From contig JBDSDX010000001.1 of NCBI GenBank assembly GCA_039920285.1, positions 240,001-272,000 on the forward strand: a DNA stretch of 32,000 bases. The letters run 5' to 3'. The translations under genes were made by a program, and so were the position numbers. The notes below the pieces were generated by a model. The model had not been told where the DNA came from and did no database searches. It saw only the letters and a list, made by a program, of their open reading frames with translations. Below, in pieces: positions 22,867-32,000 of this stretch; the first letter of the stretch is position 1; every line of letters starts with the position of its first letter. The stretch comes from Candidatus Saccharimonadota bacterium. Lineage in GTDB: Bacteria > Patescibacteriota > Saccharimonadia > Saccharimonadales > Saccharimonadaceae.

Positions 22867-23023
22867 TATACACATAGCCGCGCGATACTCACTGGCCTAG
22901 AAGCTAAGCGTCCCTCGCGAATGGTCATTCCATTGTCTTCGGACATTCACAAGAAACGGGTGAATGGACGGGCAAACAATTCAAAAAACGTTTCTCTATA
23001 ACTATTACTAGAGGATTTTTGAA

Positions 23024-23290
23024 ATGAATGACGAAACTTTTTTAAACGAACAGGTTGAAGTAATTGCTATCTTTGGGCAAGGACATCACCCGTGCAACCC
23101 GCTGCGATTTAAGCGGGCGAGTGGTAGGGAAATTACTATCACTGAGTTAGGGCTCCGGCATCCGTTTAACTCGGGTAATAAAACGATGCATATTTTTGAT
23201 GTGACGGATGGTGGTGCTGATTATCGACTAGAGTTTGATAGTGAGCGTTTGATATGGCACCTGACGATGGAGGCAGATCACTATGAATGA
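23024..23290 (+). CDS. Small hypothetical protein translationally coupled to the Y-family polymerase
   Basis: 88 aa, with SD GAGGA upstream. Its stop overlaps the polymerase start by 8 nt. Confidence 0.55.
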   Translation: MNDETFLNEQVEVIAIFGQGHHPCNPLRFKRASGREITITELGLRHPFNSGNKTMHIFDVTDGGADYRLEFDSERLIWHLTMEADHYE

Positions 23291-24521
23291 TTTCAGCACA
23301 CTCAATCATGAACGACCGCTTATTATGCATATTGATTTGAATAGTTGTTTCGCAACGGTTGAGCAGCAGGCGAGACCATTGCTGCGTGGCAAGCCGGTCG
23401 CCATTTTAAATCGTCGCACTGAGAACACGGCAATCGTGACAGCAAGTTATGAAGCCAAAGCGATGGGAGTGAAAGTCGGGATGAAATTAAAAGAGGCGAA
23501 GCTTCTGTGCCCACATATTATTGGACTGGAAAGTGATCCGCCAAAATATCGTTATGTCTATCATCGCCTGCTGGATATCATGAATGATTATTCGGCGCAT
23601 GTGACGATGAAAAGTATTGATGAGGGAGTGATTGATTTTCATGACTCCCCCGCTGCTATTGCGGGACGAGATCTGGAAGAAATAGGGCAGGAGATTAAGC
23701 AACGACTGAAAGACGAAATCGGCGTCTGGATGCGCTGCAATGTCGGGATTGCTACCAACCGATTTTTAGCGAAGACAGCTGCTGGGCTTCATAAGCCAGA
23801 TGGCCTGGATGTTATTACACCAGATAATCTGCGCCGGGTATTATCCACTATGAAGTTGACCGACCTGACGGGTATCGCGGGACGTAATGAGAAGCGACTT
23901 AATAGTGTCGGTATTTTTACACCACTCCAATTTTTAGATGCTGATCCAGTGACGCTCCAAAAAGTAGTATTCAAGAGTGTGGTGGGGATCTGGTGGTACA
24001 AAAGGTTGCGAGGTTGGGAAGTTGATGATGTCCAAAGTGATATTAAGCGGGTAGGGCGACAATATGTGTTGGAAAGTTTCAATTTGTCCTATGAAGAGAT
24101 TGTTCAGCGGCTTCATCATTTGTGTGAATCAGTCGGCAGCCGTATGCGTGGTCAGAATAAATCGGCGCGGGGGATATATGTCTATGCAAAAACGTTGAGT
24201 CGCGAGTATTGGCACGCCTCTTCCCTATCGTCACTCCCCTTTTCTTCAGACCAAACTATCTATGCGCAGGCGCGTCGGTTGTTTGAGAATGCACCTGATC
24301 GTTTGCGGGAGATTGGGATTCATTGTTACGAGCTAGAATCGATCGAAGATTCACAACTCACGTTCTTTAATGATCAGATCGTGCGTGATCGGCAGGTAAC
24401 TGGTGCAATCGATGATATCAACAAACGGTACGGCGATCGAACGATTCATTCGGCCGATACATTGACATCAGGTGTCTACGTCAAGCAAAAGATTCCGTTC
24501 GGCAGTACGCGCTATCTGTAG
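23283..24521 (+). CDS. Y-family (translesion) DNA polymerase, DinB/UmuC-like
   Basis: N-terminal IMHIDLNSCFATVEQ (catalytic Asp motif), SIDEGVIDF (second acidic motif), ATNRFLAKTAAGLHKPDG, and HhH-like LTDLTGIAGRNEKRL. Confidence 0.9.
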   Translation: MNDFSTLNHERPLIMHIDLNSCFATVEQQARPLLRGKPVAILNRRTENTAIVTASYEAKAMGVKVGMKLKEAKLLCPHIIGLESDPPKYRYVYHRLLDIMNDYSAHVTMKSIDEGVIDFHDSPAAIAGRDLEEIGQEIKQRLKDEIGVWMRCNVGIATNRFLAKTAAGLHKPDGLDVITPDNLRRVLSTMKLTDLTGIAGRNEKRLNSVGIFTPLQFLDADPVTLQKVVFKSVVGIWWYKRLRGWEVDDVQSDIKRVGRQYVLESFNLSYEEIVQRLHHLCESVGSRMRGQNKSARGIYVYAKTLSREYWHASSLSSLPFSSDQTIYAQARRLFENAPDRLREIGIHCYELESIEDSQLTFFNDQIVRDRQVTGAIDDINKRYGDRTIHSADTLTSGVYVKQKIPFGSTRYL

Positions 24522-24546
24522 GGGCTCATTAAAAATAACCCTTATC

Positions 24547-24555
24547 TGGTATAAT
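24547..24555 (+). promoter_or_regulatory. Extended -10 promoter for yebC
   Basis: TGgTATAAT (24547-24555). SD GGAG lies 8 nt before ATG 24594. Confidence 0.5.
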
Positions 24556-24593
24556 GATACTAATTACTGATAAAACTAAACGGAGTTTTTGTT

Positions 24594-25313
24594 ATGTCTG
24601 GACACAGCAAATGGTCAACCATCAAACGTGAAAAAGGTGCCAAGGACGCGAAACGTGGCGCAGTCTTCACTAAGATTGGAAATCAAATTGCTATCGCTGC
24701 ACGGAGCGGTATTGATCCAACGATGAACACCGCGCTTGCGATGGCAATCGAAAAAGCCAAGCAAGCAAACATGCCAGCTGCGAATATTCAACGAGCAATT
24801 GATCGTGTTGCTGATAAGAATGCGGCACAACTTGAAGAAGCAACTTATGAAGCGATGGGTCCTGGTGGCGTCGGTATTATTATTGAAGTCGCGACTGACA
24901 ATAAAAACCGAACATTACCTGATGTGAAAAACGCACTGACAAAGAATGGTGGACGCATGGCTGATGCTGGTAGTGTGACGTTTCAATTTACTCGTAAAGG
25001 AGTTATTAATGTTTCCGCGGTAGGCGAGGATGCATTATTGAGCGTTCTTGATGCGGGTGCTGAAGATGCTGTCGAAGAAGATGGTGAAATGATTGTGTAC
25101 ACTGATCAAAAAGATCTTGGAAAAGTTCGTGCTGCGATTGTTGATACTGGATTGACGGTGACTGGTGCTGAACTGCAGTACGTCCCGAACACAAGCATCG
25201 CGATCGAGGAAAAAGAATTAGCTGAAAAGATTCTCAAGGTTCTGGATGCGCTTGATGACCTTGATGATGTGACTCAAGTTCACACCAACGCTGACATTCT
25301 CGTCGACGTTTAG
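24594..25313 (+). CDS. yebC: YebC/PmpR family DNA-binding transcriptional regulator
   Basis: MSGHSKWSTIKREKGAKDAKRGAVFTK is the family's hallmark N-terminus. The length (239 aa) is typical. Confidence 0.95.
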   Translation: MSGHSKWSTIKREKGAKDAKRGAVFTKIGNQIAIAARSGIDPTMNTALAMAIEKAKQANMPAANIQRAIDRVADKNAAQLEEATYEAMGPGGVGIIIEVATDNKNRTLPDVKNALTKNGGRMADAGSVTFQFTRKGVINVSAVGEDALLSVLDAGAEDAVEEDGEMIVYTDQKDLGKVRAAIVDTGLTVTGAELQYVPNTSIAIEEKELAEKILKVLDALDDLDDVTQVHTNADILVDV

Positions 25314-25360
25314 TTGTGAGCACCCAAACTAGTTAAGACCAGATCTCTATACTCAGTGAC

Positions 25361-26836
25361 ATGCTGAAGTATATATGTGGATTTTTCTTGTGTGTGGCCG
25401 TTCTTCTAGAAAGTGCGTATGTTTCCCCGACATACGCCGCTTCAGCTTCTGTTGTTATCACGCAGATTCAAGCTGGTGGTGCGACCAGTGCACTGAAAGA
25501 GCGTATTGTTATCTACAATAATTCTGATGAAGATGTCGACGTCACGAACTGGTGTTTGCGTAATAAGAATGCCATCGAGTTTGCCTGTTTCACACAGGAC
25601 AACCCACAAGAAGTATTAACCCTTCCGTCACATACTTTTGCCACGATCGCTTCAACGTTAGAAGTGGACGCAATTGGGGATAGTGACGTGACGATTGTTT
25701 ATTCTCCAATGAATCAAAGCAGTGGGAGTATTGTGGGAAGTAACGATTCGATCTCACTTATCGATGCGCAGAAAAACATCATCGACACTCACGGCTGGAC
25801 GACGGGCATCATTGGGGGTATGTCATTTGCTCGGCAGGTTTACACCCTGCTCCCACTCACCTATTTTAATACTGACCAAGTTGAGGACTGGCGTATTCAG
25901 TCAACGCAACCGATGCCCGAGAGTGGACTATTGAGAACGCAGACGATGATCGACCCATGTGACAATACTGGTGATTGTATCATTCCTGTTATTTCTGTTC
26001 CGCTACAACCGTTACAGATAACTGAACTACTTCCGAATGCAATAGGGAGTGATGTGGGCGCAGAATTTATCGAACTGTACAATCCAAACAAGACAGCTAT
26101 AGATATCTCTGGTTATTCGCTGTGGTATGGTCCGGATCTCGATACATCAAAAATATTTCCAAGTGCGACATTTATCCCAGCATTGTCATACATCAGTTTT
26201 ACTAACTCGATGATCAGCTATACGTTGCTGAACTCTTCGAGTCGTGTCCGGATAACAGATAACACAGGAATGACAGTCGACGAGACGCCATTGTACCAAG
26301 ATCCAAAAGACGGTACGGCATGGGCTTTAATTGATGACACATGGCAGTATACTAATCAACCGACACCTGGCACTCTAAACCTTGCTTCGAGGGCGGAACT
26401 CGTCACTGCTGATGTGGTTGAGACACCTCTTCAAAAGCCCTGCGCCGCAGATCAATACCGTAGCCTTGATACCAACCGTTGTCGCACAATCGTCACAACA
26501 GTAAGTGCGGTGACGCCGTGCAAGGACAATCAGTATCGAAGTGAAGAAACTCATCGCTGTCGGAACATCGTATCCACCAATGTGGTTTCGACGACATGTA
26601 AAGAAGGTCAAGAACGAAACCCTGATACGAATCGTTGTCGGACTGTGAAAGCGGTGACGAAAGCGGACTATGGTGTACTAGGAGCGCAGACCACGAGCTC
26701 TGGAAGTAATTGGTATCTTTGGTTGACGATTATTGGGATTATTCTCCTCGCGCTGGTATATACACTCTGGGAGTGGCGGTATGAACTTCGAAAAGGCCTG
26801 CGGAAGTGTAAGAGTTTTGTTCGAATTCGTAAGTAA
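25361..26836 (+). CDS. Secreted, membrane-anchored protein with two lamin-tail-like domains and three Cys-flanked repeats
   Basis: Features:
- Signal peptide.
- VVITQIQAGG...IVIYNNSDEDVDVTNW and ITELLPNAIGSDVGAEFIELYNPNKTAIDISGYSL are LTD-like.
- PCAADQYRSLDTNRCRT, PCKDNQYRSEETHRCRN and TCKEGQERNPDTNRCRT lie at about 26440-26650.
- A C-terminal TM is followed by a basic tail. Confidence 0.65.
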   Translation: MLKYICGFFLCVAVLLESAYVSPTYAASASVVITQIQAGGATSALKERIVIYNNSDEDVDVTNWCLRNKNAIEFACFTQDNPQEVLTLPSHTFATIASTLEVDAIGDSDVTIVYSPMNQSSGSIVGSNDSISLIDAQKNIIDTHGWTTGIIGGMSFARQVYTLLPLTYFNTDQVEDWRIQSTQPMPESGLLRTQTMIDPCDNTGDCIIPVISVPLQPLQITELLPNAIGSDVGAEFIELYNPNKTAIDISGYSLWYGPDLDTSKIFPSATFIPALSYISFTNSMISYTLLNSSSRVRITDNTGMTVDETPLYQDPKDGTAWALIDDTWQYTNQPTPGTLNLASRAELVTADVVETPLQKPCAADQYRSLDTNRCRTIVTTVSAVTPCKDNQYRSEETHRCRNIVSTNVVSTTCKEGQERNPDTNRCRTVKAVTKADYGVLGAQTTSSGSNWYLWLTIIGIILLALVYTLWEWRYELRKGLRKCKSFVRIRK

Positions 26837-26850
26837 TCTATACTGAGAGG

Positions 26851-27324
26851 ATGAAGATCATCGGCATCGATCCTGGTACTGGCATTCTCGGCTTTGGGGT
26901 TATTGAAGTGATTGGGACAAAAATGAAACTTGTTGAAGCGGGTGTGATTCGGACACCTCCACATACGCCACATGATGAACGACTCGAAGAAATCTTCGAT
27001 GGGTTAACGGAAATTATTGCTGCAACGAAACCGGATGCATTTTCGATTGAGAAACTTTTTTTTAGTCGAAATATCACGACGGCAATGACCGTTGCTGAAG
27101 CACGCGGTGTCGCGATGTTGGTGGCGCGGAAGGCGAAACTACCAATTGCTGAATATACACCACCACAAATTAAACAGTCTTTGACCGGCTACGGTAAAGC
27201 CGATAAGAAACAAGTGCAAGAAATGGTACGCATTCAACTTGGATTAAAAGAAGTTCCAAAACCGGATGACTGTGCTGATGCATTGGCTGCCGCAATTACT
27301 CATTCACTCATGACACGGATTTAA
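26851..27324 (+). CDS. ruvC: Crossover junction endodeoxyribonuclease RuvC
   Basis: MKIIGIDPGT ... FSIEKLFF ... DCADALAAAITH are the catalytic acidic residues in RuvC order. Confidence 0.95.
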   Translation: MKIIGIDPGTGILGFGVIEVIGTKMKLVEAGVIRTPPHTPHDERLEEIFDGLTEIIAATKPDAFSIEKLFFSRNITTAMTVAEARGVAMLVARKAKLPIAEYTPPQIKQSLTGYGKADKKQVQEMVRIQLGLKEVPKPDDCADALAAAITHSLMTRI

Positions 27325-27902
27325 ATTTCTAAGTATTCATATTCTTTTGATGTTTCAAAACGAAGTTCATCTATCATAAAATCTTGATACCACAGTGCAT
27401 CATTTCCAAATAAGTCAGTGAGCCGCCATGGTTGAATCCAATCTCCGCGACGATCATCAATGTAAAACCCGATGCTTGAATAACGATCATGTCGCCAATC
27501 ATCATGAAGCAGATGGATTTCACGAGAAATCGCTAGTGCATCATGTTCATCAGTGAGGTTATCGTACGCGAATATTGTATTGAAGGGGAGTACTTCCCAG
27601 CTTCGTTGAGCATTCAAGAAATCAGCGTAAGTCGTAAGGAGTTGTTGAGCGAACAATTCGAGTTCTGTTGCGCTGGAAGTGCAGATGAGTAAATTGATGC
27701 CGAAATCGGTGAGTGAATAGGCGATAAGATCGATTGAAGGAGCAAACTTTCGATTTCGCGGTGAGAGTAAATCTTGAAGAAGAGATATAACATAGGCTTT
27801 ATCGATATTGTTTGCGAAGAACACTTGATCTCTGACAGGCGTAATCCATACGTGATAATAGCGATCTTTGACAGACGATGTAACGCGAGAATGGAATAGC
27901 AT
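27321..27902 (-). CDS. IS200/RAYT-like (Y1 HUH transposase fold) protein with degenerate catalytic motifs
   Basis: The pattern YYHVWITPVRDQVFF ... IDLIAYSLTDFGINLLI ... LLTTYADFLN ... ISREIHLLHDDW ... RYSSIGFY parallels the PF01797-type layout. The expected NHxHLL HUH is FGINLL here. Confidence 0.45.
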   Translation of the reverse strand: MLFHSRVTSSVKDRYYHVWITPVRDQVFFANNIDKAYVISLLQDLLSPRNRKFAPSIDLIAYSLTDFGINLLICTSSATELELFAQQLLTTYADFLNAQRSWEVLPFNTIFAYDNLTDEHDALAISREIHLLHDDWRHDRYSSIGFYIDDRRGDWIQPWRLTDLFGNDALWYQDFMIDELRFETSKEYEYLEI

Positions 27903-27993
27903 ACCTGGATTATGACAATCCGATCTTGCATCAATGTTAACTATTACTGAAAGCTCAGTATCTAGTAGTCGGACGATGTGGCATAATAATAGA

Positions 27994-28569
27994 ATGATTG
28001 CGCATGTGTCTGGAATAGTGGCTGAAAAATTTGCGAACTCGGTGATCGTTGATGTTCACGATATTGGGTATGAAGTGCAAGTGCCGACCAACGACTTTGA
28101 TCGCGTTCTTTTAGGTGAACCAGTAAAGTTTTATACGTATCATCATATTCGTGAACAGTCGCAAGAACTGTTTGGCTTTTCATCGTTAGCTGCAAAGAAA
28201 TTATTTGAAATGTTGATAACTGTACAGGGAGTGGGTCCAAAAGCTGCCCTCGCAATTCTTAGTCTCGGCGAAAGTGAGATTGTTCGTAACGCCATCGCTA
28301 ATAGTGACAGTGGGTTCCTTTCGAAGGCGAGCGGTGTCGGTAAGAAAACTGCCGAACGTGTCGTAGTGGATCTTTCAGATAAAGTTGGACTGGCAGTAAA
28401 TGTCGCGCATGCAAGTGGAACGACGACGATTCCCGCAGGTGACGAAGCACTTGAGGCTTTGATGGCACTCGGCTATAACCTGAGTGATGCAATGGTTGCA
28501 CTCGAAACAGTGTCGATAGATCTTCCTACTGCACAACGAGTGACCTTGGCATTGAAGGGTCAGAGTTAA
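27994..28569 (+). CDS. ruvA: Holliday junction branch migration complex subunit RuvA
   Basis: MIAHVSGIV ... [12 protein letters not shown] ... LFGF ... [16 protein letters not shown]. Start trimmed to the ATG at 27994, because the longer ORF adds 20 non-homologous residues. Confidence 0.9.
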   Translation: MIAHVSGIVAEKFANSVIVDVHDIGYEVQVPTNDFDRVLLGEPVKFYTYHHIREQSQELFGFSSLAAKKLFEMLITVQGVGPKAALAILSLGESEIVRNAIANSDSGFLSKASGVGKKTAERVVVDLSDKVGLAVNVAHASGTTTIPAGDEALEALMALGYNLSDAMVALETVSIDLPTAQRVTLALKGQS

Positions 28570-29597
28570 TGGCTATTGAACGAATTGTTGATACCAGTGA
28601 CCACGAGGAAGATGCTGACGAACAGATTATTGAAGTCACGCTGCGTCCGCGTTCATTTGCTGACTATGTCGGACAGGATCGTTTAAAGAAGAATTTAAAA
28701 CTTGCTATTGAAGCGGCCAAGAAACGCGATGAACCACTTGATCACATTCTGTTGAATGGGCCACCGGGGCTCGGTAAGACCACGATGGCAACGGTGATTG
28801 CTAATGAAATGGGCAAGAGTATCCGTGTGACATCTGGTCCCGCCATCGAGAAGGCGGGTGACCTCGCAAGTATTCTGACTAATCTTCAAGACGGCGACAT
28901 TTTGTTTATCGATGAGATTCACCGACTTGGTCGGACCGTTGAAGAAGTGTTGTACTCGGCAATGGAAGACTACAAACTCGATATTATGATTGGTAAAGGT
29001 CCGGCCGCACGAAGCGTCCGACTTGATCTGCCAAAGTTTACGGTGATTGGCGCAACGACACGAGCTGGCGCACTGGCTGCACCGCTACGCGACCGTTTTG
29101 GTCATATTTATCGTCTCGAATTCTATGCACCATCGGAAATTAGCCAGATTATTATTCGTGCGGCAGCAATTCTTGGGAGTGGTATTGATAAAGCGTCAGC
29201 AGAGGCTCTCTCTACCCGTGCTCGTTTGACTCCTCGTATCGCTAACCGTCTTTTGAAGCGCGTTCGTGACTACGCTGATGTAAATGGTGACGGTATTATT
29301 GATACGGTTATTACTCGAAAGGCACTTGAACTGCTTGAGATTGATGAACTCGGACTCGATCCAGGTGACCGTAACCTTTTGACGCATATGATTGACAACT
29401 ACGGTAATGAACCGGTTGGCCTAAATACCTTAGCGGCACTGACAGGTGACGAAGCGACGACTATCGAAGACTTTTACGAACCATATTTGATGCAGATTGG
29501 TTTTATTGAGCGAACACCACGCGGACGACGAGCGACGATTAAAGCGTATAAACATATGGGTAAAACTCCTGACGATTCATTGGGAACATTGCTATAA
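28569..29597 (+). CDS. ruvB: Holliday junction DNA helicase RuvB
   Basis: [13 protein letters not shown], Walker [10 protein letters not shown], Walker [11 protein letters not shown], and the [18 protein letters not shown] sensor region. Its start overlaps the ruvA stop. Confidence 0.97.
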   Translation: MAIERIVDTSDHEEDADEQIIEVTLRPRSFADYVGQDRLKKNLKLAIEAAKKRDEPLDHILLNGPPGLGKTTMATVIANEMGKSIRVTSGPAIEKAGDLASILTNLQDGDILFIDEIHRLGRTVEEVLYSAMEDYKLDIMIGKGPAARSVRLDLPKFTVIGATTRAGALAAPLRDRFGHIYRLEFYAPSEISQIIIRAAAILGSGIDKASAEALSTRARLTPRIANRLLKRVRDYADVNGDGIIDTVITRKALELLEIDELGLDPGDRNLLTHMIDNYGNEPVGLNTLAALTGDEATTIEDFYEPYLMQIGFIERTPRGRRATIKAYKHMGKTPDDSLGTLL

Positions 29598-29604
29598 TAC
29601 AAAT

Positions 29605-30333
29605 ATGAAACCTGAAGACTCTTCTGATAAAGGATACGATCAACCTGTTGCATATGACGCACAGGGGAATCCTTTGTATGCACACCCGCCAAAAAGTGGT
29701 CCACAAATTGTTCATATGACCCGGCCAATTGACCCTATCGCTGAAGACATTAGTCCTGAAGCACAGAAGCGACACGAGCGTTCACAACGAGCGTACCCGA
29801 ATGTTAACCTGAGTACCGCAGAGTACGTCATTAGCGCAGTTCGTCGTCACCCTATTGGCTTGGTCGCACCTCTTTCAATTGGGACGTTGATTATTGCTCT
29901 AGCACTCTCACTCCTCGCGAATTATTCTGCTTTTGCTGACTATTTTGGTTTACAGGGTGCACTTGCTGACACAGCAACGGTGATAATGCCGGTTATGTTA
30001 TTTTGTCTCCTTGTTTCTATCGGCATGGGGGTGGTTTATTACGTCTACACCAATAACCGATTTTATCTCACTAATGAGAGTGTGATTCAAGAGATTCAAG
30101 TAAGCCTTTTTGGACGTCTTGAGCAAACGGTGAGTCTTGCGAACGTTGAAGACGCCAGTTATACGCAGGAAGGATTTTTCCAATCTATCTTTGATTATGG
30201 ATCAATCCGTCTGAGTACCGAAGGTGATGAAACCACTTACCGTTTCGCGTACGTTGCTCGTCCAAAAGAGCGTATCGCAACACTCAATGATGCTGTCGAA
30301 GCGTTCAAAAACGGTCGTCCAACGGGCGAATAA
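29605..30333 (+). CDS. Membrane protein with a bacterial PH (bPH_2/YdbS-YdbT-like) domain
   Basis: VRRHPIGLV, two TM helices, then a beta-rich cytoplasmic domain. Start set to ATG 29605, which lies 5 nt after TATAAT (29594-29599). The upstream part of the ORF overlaps ruvB. Confidence 0.55.
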   Translation: MKPEDSSDKGYDQPVAYDAQGNPLYAHPPKSGPQIVHMTRPIDPIAEDISPEAQKRHERSQRAYPNVNLSTAEYVISAVRRHPIGLVAPLSIGTLIIALALSLLANYSAFADYFGLQGALADTATVIMPVMLFCLLVSIGMGVVYYVYTNNRFYLTNESVIQEIQVSLFGRLEQTVSLANVEDASYTQEGFFQSIFDYGSIRLSTEGDETTYRFAYVARPKERIATLNDAVEAFKNGRPTGE

Positions 30334-30339
30334 AAAACT

Positions 30340-30735
30340 TTATTTATTGCGACTTGTTTTAATGTAGTCGGCTTCGTTCTCAAGCGTTGTCCGTAGGGTG
30401 TAACTTTTACACCTGTCACCATCACAATTGGTCGCTTCGTAACGATAGTTACTCTTTGCTTCAGTGATTTTCACACCCTGAGGGTCTTTGAATAGATCTG
30501 GATCGACAGATGGCAATACTTTTTCGTCAATTGTACGAGGATAGAAACTGTTGGCTTTAAAGGAGACTTCTTCGAGGCTGTAGTACATTGCATTGATTGA
30601 TGTCTTACGTATTTCGTCACGACCGGCAACCTCTAGGTTATTCTTTTGAACAAAGAAAAGTATGCTCGCTGCACCAAGTAGAATGATGATAAAAAAGAGT
30701 TCGATGATCGTGAAGCCGCGCTGTGTAGTATTCAT
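30340..30735 (-). CDS. Type IV pilin / pseudopilin with a prepilin N-terminal methylation motif
   Basis: MNTTQRGFTIIELFFIIILLGAASILF contains the G/FTxxE class III signal peptide. The C-terminal Cys pair (NCDGDRC) is typical of pilins. Confidence 0.8.
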   Translation of the reverse strand: MNTTQRGFTIIELFFIIILLGAASILFFVQKNNLEVAGRDEIRKTSINAMYYSLEEVSFKANSFYPRTIDEKVLPSVDPDLFKDPQGVKITEAKSNYRYEATNCDGDRCKSYTLRTTLENEADYIKTSRNK

Positions 30736-30805
30736 TAGTATGATTATAGCAAATTAAGATTCCGCCGAGTATAATAAAGGGTAGTTATAAAGAGAGGGAG
30801 AGTAT

Positions 30806-31849
30806 ATGCCGACTAAAAAAGCAGACAAGTCTGACGCTACCGCAACGCCCGTCGCATCTGAGGGAAAACTGAAGGCGTTAGGTCTCGCACAAGAGCAAAT
30901 CAATAAGCAATTTGGTGAAGGTGCCATTCGCCGATTAGGTGACACCAAGACCGTCAATATCGAACTCGTGAGTAGTGGTGCATTGTCACTCGACTTAGCG
31001 CTTGGTGGAGGATATCCACGGGGCCGTATTCTCGAAATCTATGGACCTGAGAGTTCTGGTAAAACGACACTGACACTACATGCGATTGCAGAAATCCAGA
31101 AGAAGGGTGGCACCGCCGCATTTATTGATGCTGAGCATGCACTCGATCCATCATACGCTCGCAAACTGGGTGTTGATACTGACAACCTCCTTGTTTCACA
31201 ACCAGACAATGGTGAACAAGCACTCGAAATCGCAGAGACACTCGTCCGTTCAAATGCCGTTGACCTTGTCGTCGTTGACTCGGTTGCTGCACTTGTTCCA
31301 CAAGCCGAAATCGAAGGTGAAATGGGTGATAGTCACATGGGTCTACAAGCTCGTTTGATGAGCCAAGCACTCCGTAAGTTGACAGGTATTATCAATAAGA
31401 GCAATACGACTGTTATTTTCATTAACCAGATCCGTATGAAGATTGGTGTGATGTTCGGTAACCCTGAAACCACTACGGGTGGTAACGCGTTGAAGTTTTA
31501 CGCTTCAGTCCGTCTTGATATTCGTCGTACTGGTCAGATCAAGTCAGGGGAAGAAATTATCGGTAACCGTACCAAGGTTAAAGTTGTGAAGAATAAAATT
31601 GCTCCTCCTTTCAGAGTTGCTGAATTCGACATCATGTATAACGAAGGTATCTCAAAGACCGGTGATGTTCTTGACCTCGCCGTTCTTCACGGAATCGTTG
31701 GAAAATCTGGCGCTTGGTTTGATTATGCTGATGCGAAAATCGGACAAGGACGCGAAGCGAGTAAGACGTATCTTGCGTCAAACCCTGAAGTACTCGCAGA
31801 AATCGAAGCAAAAGTCCGTAAGAAAGTTTTTGAAGAAGCTGCGGAATAG
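30806..31849 (+). CDS. recA: Recombinase RecA
   Basis: Walker [30 protein letters not shown] and [43 protein letters not shown] at 30770-30775 and SD GAGGGAGAG lie upstream. Confidence 0.98.
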   Translation: MPTKKADKSDATATPVASEGKLKALGLAQEQINKQFGEGAIRRLGDTKTVNIELVSSGALSLDLALGGGYPRGRILEIYGPESSGKTTLTLHAIAEIQKKGGTAAFIDAEHALDPSYARKLGVDTDNLLVSQPDNGEQALEIAETLVRSNAVDLVVVDSVAALVPQAEIEGEMGDSHMGLQARLMSQALRKLTGIINKSNTTVIFINQIRMKIGVMFGNPETTTGGNALKFYASVRLDIRRTGQIKSGEEIIGNRTKVKVVKNKIAPPFRVAEFDIMYNEGISKTGDVLDLAVLHGIVGKSGAWFDYADAKIGQGREASKTYLASNPEVLAEIEAKVRKKVFEEAAE

Positions 31850-31852
31850 CTA

Positions 31853-32000
31853 ATGCACGACGACGAACTATGGCAAGTTTACGCTCAGAATGGTGAACCT
31901 GTCATAGGAGATGGTCGTAAGAAAGAAACCTTTCTCGACGGTACATTAAATGGCGCTGCCCATGTGTGGGTATGGCGCCGTATCGGAGATGATATTGAAG
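31853..32000 (+). CDS. 5' part of a probable Nudix-family hydrolase (partial, runs off the window end)
   Basis: MHDDELWQVYAQNGEPVIGDGRKKETFLDGTLNGAAHVWVWRR resembles the N-termini of Idi/Nudix-type proteins. The Nudix box itself would lie beyond the window. Confidence 0.4.
   Translation, partial: MHDDELWQVYAQNGEPVIGDGRKKETFLDGTLNGAAHVWVWRRIGDDIE

Noticed and set aside
22867-23023. SOS (LexA/Cheo) box upstream of the Y-family polymerase operon, and likewise upstream of recA (30736-30805)
   Set aside because: I found only a short hairpin (CATTCAC-n9-GTGAATG) and an AAACGTTT palindrome. Neither resembles CTGT-n8-ACAG or CGAAC-n4-GTTCG. The LexA motif of this lineage is unknown to me, so no call is made.
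26440-26650. Tandem nucleotide repeats that might be a CRISPR or VNTR array
   Set aside because: They are in-frame coding repeats of a Cys-containing peptide motif inside the LTD protein. Nucleotide identity between units is low and there is no repeat-spacer regularity. No CRISPR array was seen anywhere in the window.

Overview
The window looks like a small-genome, CPR/Patescibacteria-like bacterium, probably Saccharibacteria-like; this is inferred from gene content only. Most of it is housekeeping. It holds ruvC, ruvA, ruvB, recA, yebC, a MurC-like ligase, an ABC-2 exporter, an FtsB-like protein, a GT4 glycosyltransferase, a sortase with its substrate, a type IV pilin, a Y-family polymerase, and a dense cluster of nucleotide hydrolases. 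There are three tRNAs, all with a CAU anticodon but with different identities (Ile2-like, initiator, elongator Met).

The accessory part is a roughly 4.5 kb island at 11314-15907, inserted at the 3' end of the initiator tRNA-Met. It is bounded by a 45-bp imperfect direct repeat with an 18-bp perfect core, which duplicates the tRNA 3' end plus its terminator. The island carries a 510-aa UG/Abi-class defence-type reverse transcriptase, a 377-bp repeat-rich noncoding region upstream of it, two BRO-N/DinD-like genes, and the C-terminal remnant of a large serine recombinase.

The main lead is in that noncoding region. An exact 16-bp direct repeat is spaced exactly 120 bp (40 codons) apart. Only one of the six frames of the circularised unit lacks stop codons, and the genomic stop lies just past the second repeat copy. 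This is the architecture expected for rolling-circle reverse transcription producing a never-ending ORF (DRT2/Neo-like). It is a hypothesis from sequence only.

Secondary observations:
- An Lpd-like flavoprotein lacks both redox cysteines.
- Two adjacent genes are each broken by a 1-nt homopolymer shortfall; one break sits on a phase-correct A_AAA_AAA slippery site.
- Several genes have apparently leaderless promoters.
- A degenerate HUH-transposase-like gene lies between ruvC and ruvA.

No rRNA genes or CRISPR arrays were seen.
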